NCBI GenBank assembly: GCA_026391215.1
Contig: JAPLDX010000009.1
Location: 1-24,292 of the forward strand
Reading direction: 5' to 3'
Origin: Bacteroidia bacterium
Lineage (GTDB): Bacteria; Bacteroidota; Bacteroidia; Bacteroidales; VadinHA17
Length of the DNA: 24,292 nt
Positions 8,501-16,829 of this stretch are shown here, piece after piece. Position 1 is the stretch's first letter, and each line of letters begins with the position of its first letter. Made by a program: the position numbers and the translations under genes. Below the pieces are notes generated by a model. That model saw only the letters and a program-made list of their open reading frames with translations. It ran no database searches and had not been told where the DNA came from.

Positions 8501-11078
8501 CAAAAACTGGATACGGGGCATATTTATATGTTGCCTGGGTAATGCTTTCATCACCGCCCTGTTCCTGAACTTTAACAGTAAAGACAGCTTTCAGCATGCC
8601 GGGGGCATTAAGATCGTCGCCCGGATCGAATCTTATTACTGCATTTCCGTTCTCATCAATAGTATTATTGAAGATATTTACCGATTCGGACCAGAATTCA
8701 CTTACCGGATCATCAAAAACATACTGACTGTATTTTTCAAATTCCGTTTTTGCAGGCTTCAGTATATAATCGACAGATGTCCTGAGGTTCCTGGCAGCTG
8801 ATCCGTTAAGCCATTTGACATTCAGGGTCCCTGTGGTCCCGCTTACAGAACCTCCAAGAATATCCTTCGGAAATTTCAGATCAAGCTTAAGCCTGTTTGG
8901 TTTTATAGTTTCAATCCTGATGCGTTTTGTAAATGATGCTCCGCCTATACTGAAACGGGCAGTATAATTTCCTGTGACAGCATCAGATGATGTTTTTGTG
9001 ATGAAAACGAGCAAGTTGTTACCTTCCTGTTTATGTATCTGGTTATCAACTTTTTGTTCAAGAGGATTTATAAGCTCGAATTGTACCGGATGATCCTGGG
9101 GAAGATCATTTTTCATGTCCTTGATGAAAAGAGAAAGAAAAATTGAATCACCGGGTCTCCATACATCCCTTTCCCCGTAAATGAAAGCCTTAATACCGTT
9201 TTCGGGTTTTGTCCCTGAAACATCAAATGAACTGAGCGATAGCGAGGAACCGTCATTTACCTTAAGATAATTACGATCCTTATCTTTTTTAGCGATCACA
9301 AGGAATGGTTTTCTTCCGCAATAAAGAGAGGCAGAGCCATCCTGGTCGGAGTTTCCAGATACTATAATCTGCATCTGGTAATCATATACCTCAATTGCAG
9401 CCTCACTCACAGGCAGGGCTGTAATGAGATCATTTACCATAATATGCAAGACATTATCCACTCCTTTTTTTGCTATCAATCCGAGATTTGAAGCAAGGAT
9501 ATTACGTGATATGTTTTTATCCGGACTATAGAATGCGTCCTTGCATGGATCATCGCGATCCTCCCATTGAAAACCATATGAATAATACAGGTAATTCTCA
9601 TTGTCTTCATAATAATCATCGCCGCCGTCCCAGGTTTCACGGCTCAGATCCTGCGACTGCTGAAGGAGCTCCTCATACCTGGTATCGGCTTCCTGTGAAG
9701 CGCATGGATAGAGTGAATATGAACGTCTCATTGAAAGCTGAACTCTATAGAGAATGCCCGGTTCAACATCAATATAATCAGCGAGGTCTATCGTATATAG
9801 GTTCCAGTTGCCTGTACCGGTCCCCGTTCCTGTTATAAGGTCCACCCTGCCGGCATAAACAGGGCGGCCGAAACGTTTGATATAATAACCGGTATTGATA
9901 TCACTTTCCTGGAGGAAGTATGGCAGGTTATTTTCAAATATCTTGATTATTTTAAGGTCAACAGCCTTGAGATTGGCTGCCTTAAACGGGAAAATAAGAT
10001 TTTGTGACGAAGGAAGAATTACACCATCGCCGGTGAACATGATTCCCGGCATTACTGCCGTAAAATCAATTTTAGTTGAAAAATCTGATATGAGAGAGTT
10101 TCCACGTGTATTTTTTACCGATGCCTGAACATTAAGATTGACTTCGCGTCCCGTTACATTTGATGGGAGCAGGGTGACTACATTCGAGCTGACATTAATG
10201 GTAGTCAAAGGGGAAAGATCGACATAAATGATGCCGTCAAGTTCCTGCGATGCATCCACAGGGTCAGAAAATATTACATCAATTCTGGGATTTTCTCCTC
10301 CTGAGGATTTTACATCCAGCACGCTGAATTCTGCTGACGATGGGATCATAATGACTGAAGAACCTTTTTGCTTTACCCCGGAAGCTGTTCCGTCCCATGA
10401 TAAAATTAGCTCCTGCGCTTTATCAGAACGGGATATATCTTTTACGGTGAACTTATGGGTGAAACCGCCGGAATGATCCCAGGTTATTTCCATTTTCTTC
10501 TTTCCAAGTTTAGCCTCAACATACGATTCCACTTCTGCTTCCTCAATAAAATCAGAAGCTGTCAGTTCGCTATTCAGGATATATTTGTTTTCTTCTGAAG
10601 AAGGGCATTCAAGAAAACCTGTACTGATGCTGAAATCCTTTTTAAGGGTCTGTATTCTGATTGGAAATACCTTCAGCCGTTCATTTACTTTTCCCAGCTT
10701 GTCCAGGTTCAGTTCTCCGGAATATGTTTTACCGGGATCCAACAGTTTCGCAGGAGTAAATACAAGTGTTGTTTCGTCAGTCCACTCCGTTTTTCCCTTT
10801 ATGAAAGGATCAAAAATAAAGAGTCCTCCAGGAGTCTGCCTATTGGCTTTTTGTGCAAATTCCGGAGCAAAACGGATCTCTATTACAGAGTTGGCGGGTA
10901 CGATGCCTGATGTATATCCGATAATATATTCGCTGAAGCCTTTATCAAGCGGAAGAATTATTTCAGATACTTCAGGAGCTTTACCCGGAAGCTGCTGCAA
11001 CAAAGGCTTATCCTTTGGTTTGCAAGAAGTTGCGAGAAGGATAATAAAAAACAGCAGAAATAGTTTCACGGCTTTCAT
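5508..11078 (-). CDS. Bacterial alpha-2-macroglobulin lipoprotein (YfhM-like)
   Basis: Lipobox LATSC, YGERDVWRPGD, AVVDEG, thioester motif YPHGCSEQ, RDFRDDR; paired with pbpC. Confidence 0.93.
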   Translation of the reverse strand: MKAVKLFLLFFIILLATSCKPKDKPLLQQLPGKAPEVSEIILPLDKGFSEYIIGYTSGIVPANSVIEIRFAPEFAQKANRQTPGGLFIFDPFIKGKTEWTDETTLVFTPAKLLDPGKTYSGELNLDKLGKVNERLKVFPIRIQTLKKDFSISTGFLECPSSEENKYILNSELTASDFIEEAEVESYVEAKLGKKKMEITWDHSGGFTHKFTVKDISRSDKAQELILSWDGTASGVKQKGSSVIMIPSSAEFSVLDVKSSGGENPRIDVIFSDPVDASQELDGIIYVDLSPLTTINVSSNVVTLLPSNVTGREVNLNVQASVKNTRGNSLISDFSTKIDFTAVMPGIMFTGDGVILPSSQNLIFPFKAANLKAVDLKIIKIFENNLPYFLQESDINTGYYIKRFGRPVYAGRVDLITGTGTGTGNWNLYTIDLADYIDVEPGILYRVQLSMRRSYSLYPCASQEADTRYEELLQQSQDLSRETWDGGDDYYEDNENYLYYSYGFQWEDRDDPCKDAFYSPDKNISRNILASNLGLIAKKGVDNVLHIMVNDLITALPVSEAAIEVYDYQMQIIVSGNSDQDGSASLYCGRKPFLVIAKKDKDRNYLKVNDGSSLSLSSFDVSGTKPENGIKAFIYGERDVWRPGDSIFLSLFIKDMKNDLPQDHPVQFELINPLEQKVDNQIHKQEGNNLLVFITKTSSDAVTGNYTARFSIGGASFTKRIRIETIKPNRLKLDLKFPKDILGGSVSGTTGTLNVKWLNGSAARNLRTSVDYILKPAKTEFEKYSQYVFDDPVSEFWSESVNIFNNTIDENGNAVIRFDPGDDLNAPGMLKAVFTVKVQEQGGDESITQATYKYAPYPVFAGINLPGLKGKNRMLFTDEDIDVNVVTVDDKGKPVRSQVELTVYKLSYRWWWESDEENLAYYISNQIYKPVIKNTITTSGGEGSFSFKIDKKEWGRYLVRATTPEGHSTGKMLLIDWPWEYGMKGNAEGATLLTISTDKEKYNPGDEIKLSFPSPENSRVIVTLENSTGVIDEIRVPALKGNTEVKFKATPEMAPNVYAFVSVIQPHSQTINDMPVRLYGIVPVMVEDPGTRLSPQIDMADELRSQRPFEIRVSEANRNAMTYTVAVVDEGLLDITGFRTPDPWNYFYAREALGVQTWDIYDFVLGSFGGTLERIFAIGGDEAIADKTANKAQRFVPVVKFLGSYTLGAGKTNTHTITLPQYTGSVRTMVIAGSNRAFGASEKAVPVKDPLMVLVTAPRVISPGEEAALPVTLFIQKDNIRDISVKAEGNDLISFKENTKSITASGPGEKDTEFTFIAGEKTGVAKIKVTASGGGETAVYDMEIEIRSPNPPEVRAELKVLRPGEKWETTFKQFGIEGSGSAQLEISALPSINLEKRMDYLVNYPHGCSEQVTSCAFPQLFLKDLADNDPGIAQKTSDNIKEAINKLIERQMVNGGIAMWPGSYQADNWITSYAGHFMIEAERQGYNFTSGFRQKWISYQKKAAQEWRYDTRYKQSANDQAYRLFTLALAGEPEKGAMNRLRESAEIPQLSRWFLAAAYATTGRAEVAGDLLDMRSIETEPEYQYYYYGSPIRDKAIILYTLTLLKNEEQALVVLKEICDNISNESWYSTQSLAWGLFSYMKWVNMLPGDADSQAKVRISYNGEKSDQTIRQKLLWKKDLKMKDDVNSLSVENSSERPLYATLIRKGIPLYSDATRVEKGLSMKIDYLNMNLKPIDHKNLVQGTDFMMVVRISNNTFSRVDNIALTKMVPSGWEIQNTRLFEADWGIKESSFDYRDFRDDRVNTYFTLNQGETKTFVLILNAAYKGSYFQPSVWCEAMYTENCYARIPGTQVTVTGE

Positions 11079-11159
11079 GGTAGAACAGGTTAAGTTGGAA
11101 TGTCTAAATTACGAAAAAAACGGGGATAGTGGATACTGCCCATTTTACTCACCAGCCAC

Positions 11160-11235
11160 CATTCGCCTGTTTTAATCCCAGAACTTCATTCGCCTTTTAT
11201 ACCCCCCACCCATTCCGTCTTTTATACCCCCCACC
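11160..11235. repeat. Degenerate ~24-27-bp tandem repeat leading into the family A left arm
   Basis: CATTCGCCTGTTTTAATCCCA (11160), CATTCGCCTTTTATACCCCCCACC (11187), CATTCCGTCTTTTATACCCCCCACC (11211). Confidence 0.6.
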
Positions 11236-11253
11236 CCCCCGGAAGGGGGGCTA
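11226..11253. repeat. Family A left arm (A1-L)
   Basis: ACCCCCCACCCCCCCGGAAGGGGGGCTA; same layout as the arms at 14924, 17238 and 23390. Confidence 0.85.
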
Positions 11254-11334
11254 TAAACCTATACATAATAATTATAGCTAGTATAAGATTTAAGAAATAA
11301 GGATTTAAACATTTACTAACTAAAAGAAATTCAG

Positions 11335-11342
11335 TATATTTG
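11335..11342 (+). promoter_or_regulatory. Bacteroidetes -7 promoter box (TATATTTG) for the DUF559 gene
   Basis: TAnnTTTG match 23 bp upstream of ATG 11366, inside the repeat-bounded segment. Confidence 0.5.
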
Positions 11343-11365
11343 AATAGTTCGCTGCATGTTATATA

Positions 11366-11764
11366 ATGAGATCAAGAGTTATAGAAAGAAATATGTTCTA
11401 TGGTGCTAATCGTAATATTTTTGATAAAGCCCATGAATTAAGGAATAATATGACTTATGCAGAAAAAATCATGTGGGATGAGTTGAAAAACAAAAGAATT
11501 TTTAAAGTCAGATTTCGAAGACAACATCCAATTGATATTTTTATAGTTGATTTCTATTGTCATGAAATTAAACTTGCTATTGAAATAGATGGTGAAGTTC
11601 ATCTAAAAAAGGAAGTGATTGAATATGATGATGGCAGAGCTCATGATATTGAGAAATTTGGAATTAAAATACTCAGGTTTACTAATGATCAGGTATTTAA
11701 TCATCGCTCAGGAATTATTAAAGAAATCCTAATAACCATTAATCAACTGATTTCTAGTAAATAA
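11366..11764 (+). CDS. DUF559 / Vsr-like PD-(D/E)XK endonuclease domain protein
   Basis: A.ELRNNMT.AE..MW, FRRQHPI..FIVDFYC, LAIEIDG.VH, D..R, G..ILRFTN; visibly more AT-rich than its neighbours. Confidence 0.9.
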   Translation: MRSRVIERNMFYGANRNIFDKAHELRNNMTYAEKIMWDELKNKRIFKVRFRRQHPIDIFIVDFYCHEIKLAIEIDGEVHLKKEVIEYDDGRAHDIEKFGIKILRFTNDQVFNHRSGIIKEILITINQLISSK

Positions 11765-11800
11765 TGTCACAAAATCTTATTAAATCATGGATTGGGTTTC

Positions 11801-11828
11801 AACCCCCCTTTAGGGGGGCTTGGGGGGT
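11801..11828. repeat. Family A right arm (A1-R), inverted relative to A1-L
   Basis: AACCCCCCTTTAGGGGGGCTTGGGGGGT; reverse complement ACCCCCCAAGCCCCCCTAAAGGGGGG resembles the left arms. Confidence 0.85.
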
Positions 11829-11857
11829 CATAAATCACGCAGGAATCTAAATCTTCT

Positions 11858-12760
11858 TTACGGTGTAACCATCTCCGTTCTGAGCTTGGCTACATAATCT
11901 CTGATAGTGTTCAGTGTTTCGACAGTAACTGTCATCTTTGCTCCCGAGGAGCGCAGTACCTGCCTGGTTGTGTCTATTTCGAGATCGCCCTTTTCAAAAT
12001 AAATATCGAAAGTGTCGAAATAATTTTTCAGGAACTTCAGTTTTTTGGTATAGTAAACCACGACAGGATCGTCATAATAATTTTTCATGAAGCTCAGGAG
12101 GGAAGTAAGAGTATATTTTTGTTCAGCAATCTTCTGAACCACTTCCGCGTCGGGATTGACAGGATTATAGACAAGCTGGGTGGCAATGAACATTGCCTCA
12201 ACCCATCCTCCCATTACCATTAATCCCGCAGTGCTCTCCCTGCCACCCTCCCTCAGGTGATTTTCAATATCATAATAGGCATTTTTCATAAGGGCAGTAA
12301 TTGTATCCGGATCGGCCAGATCATTCTGTACTCTCCTGATAGGCTCGGTCAGCATATTATCCGGGATGCCAAGCTTATTGCTCATCTCCCTGATCGTTAC
12401 CATATAGTCAATAACCTCCTGGCCAAAACCGAACATCTTCAGATATCCGAAGTCGACTCCATAAACCCCCGTGTTGATTGCTGCCTTTGAATTACTGAGA
12501 TACAGATCCCTGTTTGATACAGGATTAAGGGTTGCATCATTATATGGTACTGCAAGTCTGTTGAAAATCACGCATATCTCCATTGGCGTAAGAAGACCAT
12601 AGTAAGTTTCATCTTTTGCTACCGGCTCAATAGTGCCGGTCGAATCAATTTTATATGTAGAAAAACTTGGTGTAAATGTGTCTTTCTCAGGAGTTTTGGG
12701 TTTACAGGATGCGATCACCAGTAATAGAGATATAAGCAGAAGGGGAAGAGGACTTTTCAT
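11858..12760 (-). CDS. Conserved hypothetical lipoprotein
   Basis: Lipobox IASC; AINTGVYGVDFGY, GGWVEAM and IAEQKY motifs; start taken at MKSPLP (12760); TAATTTTG box at 12779-12786. Confidence 0.7.
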   Translation of the reverse strand: MKSPLPLLLISLLLVIASCKPKTPEKDTFTPSFSTYKIDSTGTIEPVAKDETYYGLLTPMEICVIFNRLAVPYNDATLNPVSNRDLYLSNSKAAINTGVYGVDFGYLKMFGFGQEVIDYMVTIREMSNKLGIPDNMLTEPIRRVQNDLADPDTITALMKNAYYDIENHLREGGRESTAGLMVMGGWVEAMFIATQLVYNPVNPDAEVVQKIAEQKYTLTSLLSFMKNYYDDPVVVYYTKKLKFLKNYFDTFDIYFEKGDLEIDTTRQVLRSSGAKMTVTVETLNTIRDYVAKLRTEMVTP

Positions 12761-12827
12761 ATAAGCAGGTTTATTAATCAAAATTAGTAATATATATGAA
12801 TAATCAGATTTATTTTGATCCTCATGT

Positions 12828-12938
12828 ACTCACCCCCTTCTTTTCCCCCTCTCTACTTCGTAAAGAGGGGGAATGTATTCATTTACGGTACTTTAACCCC
12901 CCTCTTTGCTTCAGCAGAGAGGGGGTTGGGGGGTGAGT
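12828..12938. repeat. Family A-related 111-bp palindromic doublet (A2)
   Basis: Outer inverted repeat ACTCACCCCC / GGGGGTGAGT enclosing two hairpins, CCCCCTCTCTAC-TTC-GTAAAGAGGGGG and CCCCCTCTTTGC-TTCA-GCAGAGAGGGGG. Confidence 0.8.
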
Positions 12939-12955
12939 GCGTGAGTCCCTATAGA

Positions 12956-14902
12956 TCATAATACTATCCTGTTCCCGAGCTTCTCCGATATCATCCTCAT
13001 CGCAGCCTTCAGGTTCTGGTCCTTTTTCTGAAGAGCAAGGATTCTCTCTGTATCCCCTTTTTTTGCAGCATCCTCAAGCTGAATCATATTTTCCTTGAGC
13101 CGGACTTTAATCTTGTCGCTTTTGAACTTTAACACAACATCCGGGACAATATCTTTGAGCTTCATATCCTCCGTTTCAACAAAAGTCTGTTTATCTCTCC
13201 ATATCCTGCTAAGTTCATGGGAGTAGGAAAGAAGGTCGGCAGACAACTGTGAAATAGCCGGATCCTCATGTTTTATGAATTGCTTGTCGCCTGGGAAAAT
13301 GCCCTGCTGGCAGAAAAACCTGAATTCCTCAAAGATCTTTGCACAGGTTTCGTCATTAAAAAGAAGATCATCAGAAGTGATCTCCCTGACAATATAATCA
13401 GATACCATGGTCACCTCTTCCTTGCCGTCCTCGCTGCGTATCTTTCTTTCAAATTCTGTGCTTCCGAATTTCAGAAGCAGCCTGATAATCTCTTTTTCGG
13501 AATAATATGTTATGATTTCTTGTTTTACCTGTTTTTGTATTACCTGTGGCGGAACAGGAAGATCCTCGATCCCGGGATATTTATTCCTGTCCTGGAATGA
13601 TCTCTGCTGGCGAAGCTTATTGACTTCATGATAAAGGACAGCTTCCGTAATATCAAGATGAGTGCTGCATTCCTTTATATAAACAGTTCTGTTGATCGTT
13701 TCAGGAATAACGGCAATGGACCTTACAATATCGCGGATAAGATTTGCCTTACGGACCGGATCATTACTGGCTTCTTCAAGGAGCAGGTCGGTTTTGAAGC
13801 GGATAAAATCGGTTTCCTTTTCCCTGAGATATTTTATGAATTCTTCATTGCTGACCTTCTTTGAATATGAATCAGGATCCTCCCCGTCGGGAAGAAGGAC
13901 AATCCTGACATTCATCCCCTCTTCCAGTACAATGTCAATACCCCTGATAGACGCTTTTATTCCGGCAGAATCACCATCATAGAGGATCGTGATATTTGGT
14001 GTGAACCGCTTTATAAGCCTGACCTGCTCCTGGGTGAGAGATGTACCTGATGATGCGACAACATTCTCAATACCAGCCTCATGCAGCGACATAACATCTG
14101 TGTAGCCTTCAACAAGATAGCACCTGTCATCCTGTGTTATGGCCTTCCGTGCCTGGAAAATACCATAAACGATCCGGCTTTTGTGATATATCTCCGATTC
14201 AGGGGAGTTTAAATATTTTGCTGTTTTAACGTCTGATTTAAGGATCCTTCCGCCAAAACCGAGAACTTGTCCGGATAATGAATGGATTGGGAACATCACC
14301 CTTCCGCTGAACCTGTCGAAGACATGATCTTCATGCTGGATCGATAACCCTGTCTTAAGCAAAAAATCCTGCTTATAGCCATCATCCAGTGCCTGCCTGG
14401 TAAAGGCATCCCGTTTTTCGAAACTATAACCTACCTCGAATTTCTTAAGTGTATTCTGCTGGAATCCCCTCTCTTTGAAATAAGAAAGACCAACTGTAAT
14501 CCCCTCGTCGGTTTGAAAAAGATTTTCTGTAAACTTTCTTGCGGCATATGCTGTAACGACCAGAAGACTTTCACGTTCATTCTGTTTTTCAAGCTCTTCG
14601 GGAGTCAGCTCTTTTTCGACAACTTCAATATGATATTTTCTGGCAAGGTATTTAAGGGCTTCAGGATAGGAAAGATGTTCATGCTCCATGATGAAGTTAA
14701 CCGAGTTACCGACCTTGCCGCATCCGAAGCATTTAAATATCTCTTTAGAAGGCGAAACAGTAAATGACGGTGTTTTTTCATTATGGAAAGGACAGAGGCC
14801 CAGATAATTAACACCGCGTTTCTTCAGGGGCACAAACTCCTGGATCACATCAACGATCTGCGCTGCATCAAGTATTCTCTCTATTGTGGGGCGGTCAATC
14901 AT
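12956..14902 (-). CDS. dnaG: DNA primase
   Basis: Zinc finger CPFHNEKTPSF..CFGC, KYLNSPES, TOPRIM motifs VEGYTDV and YDGDSAG, DPD. Confidence 0.97.
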   Translation of the reverse strand: MIDRPTIERILDAAQIVDVIQEFVPLKKRGVNYLGLCPFHNEKTPSFTVSPSKEIFKCFGCGKVGNSVNFIMEHEHLSYPEALKYLARKYHIEVVEKELTPEELEKQNERESLLVVTAYAARKFTENLFQTDEGITVGLSYFKERGFQQNTLKKFEVGYSFEKRDAFTRQALDDGYKQDFLLKTGLSIQHEDHVFDRFSGRVMFPIHSLSGQVLGFGGRILKSDVKTAKYLNSPESEIYHKSRIVYGIFQARKAITQDDRCYLVEGYTDVMSLHEAGIENVVASSGTSLTQEQVRLIKRFTPNITILYDGDSAGIKASIRGIDIVLEEGMNVRIVLLPDGEDPDSYSKKVSNEEFIKYLREKETDFIRFKTDLLLEEASNDPVRKANLIRDIVRSIAVIPETINRTVYIKECSTHLDITEAVLYHEVNKLRQQRSFQDRNKYPGIEDLPVPPQVIQKQVKQEIITYYSEKEIIRLLLKFGSTEFERKIRSEDGKEEVTMVSDYIVREITSDDLLFNDETCAKIFEEFRFFCQQGIFPGDKQFIKHEDPAISQLSADLLSYSHELSRIWRDKQTFVETEDMKLKDIVPDVVLKFKSDKIKVRLKENMIQLEDAAKKGDTERILALQKKDQNLKAAMRMISEKLGNRIVL

Positions 14903-14923
14903 GGCATAAAGATATTTAAAAAT

Positions 14924-15032
14924 ACCCCCCGACCCCCCTGAAGGGGAGCTAATTCCAGTATTTATTTTTAATTTGTATTAACTGAGTATTAGGCACCTTT
15001 AGGGGGCAGGCCAGCTTCAGCTGGACGGGGGT
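14924..15032. repeat. Family A 109-bp doublet (A3)
   Basis: ACCCCCCGACCCCCCTGAAGGGGAGCTAATT, AT-rich spacer, then ATTAGGCACCTTTAGGGGGCAGGCCAGCTTCAGCTGGACGGGGGT. Confidence 0.85.
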
Positions 15033-15077
15033 AAATAGTCAAACTTTCACTAAATTTATTCCCTAAATTCATTCTGT

Positions 15078-15767
15078 ATGAAGAAACTTGTAATCCTCAC
15101 GGGAGCCGGAATGAGCTCTGAAAGCGGTATCCGTACTTTCAGGGAAGCAGGCGGATTATGGGAGGAATATGATGTTACTGAAGTTGCCTCTCCAATGGGC
15201 TGGTGGAAGAACAGGGATCTTGTTTTAAGGTTTTATAATGAGAGAAGAGCACAGCTTGCAAGCTGCAAACCAAATGAAGGACATTTAGGTGTAGCGGCAC
15301 TTGAGAAATATTTTAATGTTCAGGTAATCACCCAGAATATTGATAATCTTCATGAACGGGCAGGAAGCACAAAAGTGCTTCATCTGCATGGAGAGCTAAC
15401 CAAAGCAAGAAGCACTGTTGATCCATTGCTGATCTATGATATTGGTTATAAAGAGATAAATCCGGGAGACAAATGTGAAAAAGGAAGTCAGCTGCGGCCA
15501 CACATTGTATGGTTCGGAGAAGCCGTACCCATGATGGATGAGGCGATAAAAATAACTGAAACAGCAGATATTTTTGTTGTAATCGGCTCATCATTGAATG
15601 TATATCCTGCAGCCGGATTGATTGAATATGCTCCCCGGGATGCATCAATTTGGCTTATTGATCCAAACGAAGTTATTATTCCTGTATACAGGAAGGTGGA
15701 GGTCATAAAAACAAAGGCTTCAGAGGGGATCGTAATCTTGACTAAAAGGTTATTATCTGATAATTAA
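15078..15767 (+). CDS. cobB: Sir2-family NAD-dependent deacylase
   Basis: LTGAGMSSESGIRTFR, FYNERR, ITQNIDNLHERAG, HLHGEL, LRPHIVWFGE, GSSLNVYPAAGL. Confidence 0.93.
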   Translation: MKKLVILTGAGMSSESGIRTFREAGGLWEEYDVTEVASPMGWWKNRDLVLRFYNERRAQLASCKPNEGHLGVAALEKYFNVQVITQNIDNLHERAGSTKVLHLHGELTKARSTVDPLLIYDIGYKEINPGDKCEKGSQLRPHIVWFGEAVPMMDEAIKITETADIFVVIGSSLNVYPAAGLIEYAPRDASIWLIDPNEVIIPVYRKVEVIKTKASEGIVILTKRLLSDN

Positions 15768-15779
15768 TTAGATGTTGTA

Positions 15780-16073
15780 ATGAAAGGATTTGTGTACATA
15801 TTAACAAATGTCACTAATTCGGTGTTATATACAGGTGTAACAAGTGATATCAAAAACAGGTTAAGACAACACAAATCAAGAAAACACATTAATAGTTTCA
15901 CAGCCAGATATAATTTAACAAAACTTGTGTATGTAGAAGAGTTTAATTCTATAGGGGAGGCAATAAAAAGAGAGAAACAAATTAAAGCAGGAAGCAGAAA
16001 GAAAAAAGTCAATCTCGTTACCGGGATGAATCCGGACTGGGATGACTTGATCAGGATAGTTGAAGATCAATGA
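15780..16073 (+). CDS. Stand-alone GIY-YIG nuclease (YhbQ/UPF0213-like)
   Basis: FVYILTN..NSVLYTGVTSD...RL.QH, FTARYN..KLVYVE, AIKREKQIK, NP.W.DL; the TGA stop overlaps repeat B1. Confidence 0.9.
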   Translation: MKGFVYILTNVTNSVLYTGVTSDIKNRLRQHKSRKHINSFTARYNLTKLVYVEEFNSIGEAIKREKQIKAGSRKKKVNLVTGMNPDWDDLIRIVEDQ

Positions 16074-16213
16074 GATTGCTTCGTCTTCCGCTTCGCGGAA
16101 TCCTCGCAATGACGGTACTTTCTATTAAGCTTGTTATAAGATAAGGGACAATATTATATAGAATGCACCGTCATTGCGAGGAGTCCCGCTCCGAAGGGAC
16201 GACGAAGCAATCT
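16073..16213. repeat. Family B 141-bp inverted doublet (B1)
   Basis: AGATTGCTTCGTC-[TTCCGCTTCGCGGAA]-TCCTCGCAATGACGGT ... ACCGTCATTGCGAGGA-[GTCCCGCTCCGAAGGGAC]-GACGAAGCAATCT. Confidence 0.9.
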
Positions 16214-16253
16214 TCCGGAATTTGTAGTATTTTTATAAATTAAACTTTCATAA

Positions 16254-16829
16254 ATGCAACAAAAATCCAGAAAGATTATTCTCGCAGTCACCGGTGCCAG
16301 CGGATCAATTTATGCTAAGAACCTGCTTGACAGATTAGGGAGTCTGAAAAATCCGCCTGCAGAGATCGCTGTTGTCTTTTCGGAAACAGCAAAAGAGATA
16401 TGGGAATACGAAATCGGAGAAAAATACAAAGAAATTCTGCCTGCGAAGGAATATAAAAACAATTCGTTTTTTGTGCCATTCGCATCAGGATCATCTGATT
16501 ATGACATCATGATTATATGTCCGGCATCGATGGGTATTCTTGGAAGAATTGCCAATGGCATATCTGATGATCTGATAGCCAGAGCCGCCGATGTTATGCT
16601 TAAGGAGAGAAGGAAGCTGATACTTGTCCCGCGTGAGACTCCCTATAACCTGATCCATATAAGAAACATGGAAACGCTTTCGCTGGCGGGAGCGATTGTT
16701 TGTCCTGCGACGCCGTCATTTTACAACAGGCCAAAGACAATTGATGATCTTGTAAATACAGTTATTGAAAGGATTATATCCCTGGCAGGATTTGAGTCAG
16801 ACACTTACAGGTGGATGGAAAATGATTGA
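16254..16829 (+). CDS. ubiX: Flavin prenyltransferase UbiX
   Basis: AVTGASG, ASGS, PASMG, RAADVMLKERR, PRETP, P.FY..P. Confidence 0.92.
   Translation: MQQKSRKIILAVTGASGSIYAKNLLDRLGSLKNPPAEIAVVFSETAKEIWEYEIGEKYKEILPAKEYKNNSFFVPFASGSSDYDIMIICPASMGILGRIANGISDDLIARAADVMLKERRKLILVPRETPYNLIHIRNMETLSLAGAIVCPATPSFYNRPKTIDDLVNTVIERIISLAGFESDTYRWMEND

Noticed and set aside
10585-11175. 196-aa plus-strand ORF and the other short ORFs overlapping large genes
   Set aside because: They are antisense or alternate-frame shadows of well-supported genes and have no recognisable motifs.
11803-11828. G-quadruplex role for family A arms
   Set aside because: There are only two close G-tracts per strand per arm, and the adjacent C-tract favours a Watson-Crick hairpin.
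14920-15036. AAAT on both sides of A3 as a target-site duplication
   Set aside because: It is a short AT-rich match not reproduced at the other family A or B copies.
15078-16073. Sir2 plus nuclease as an anti-phage defence pair
   Set aside because: The Sir2 protein is a typical short housekeeping CobB deacylase, and the nuclease is better explained by its link to repeat B1.
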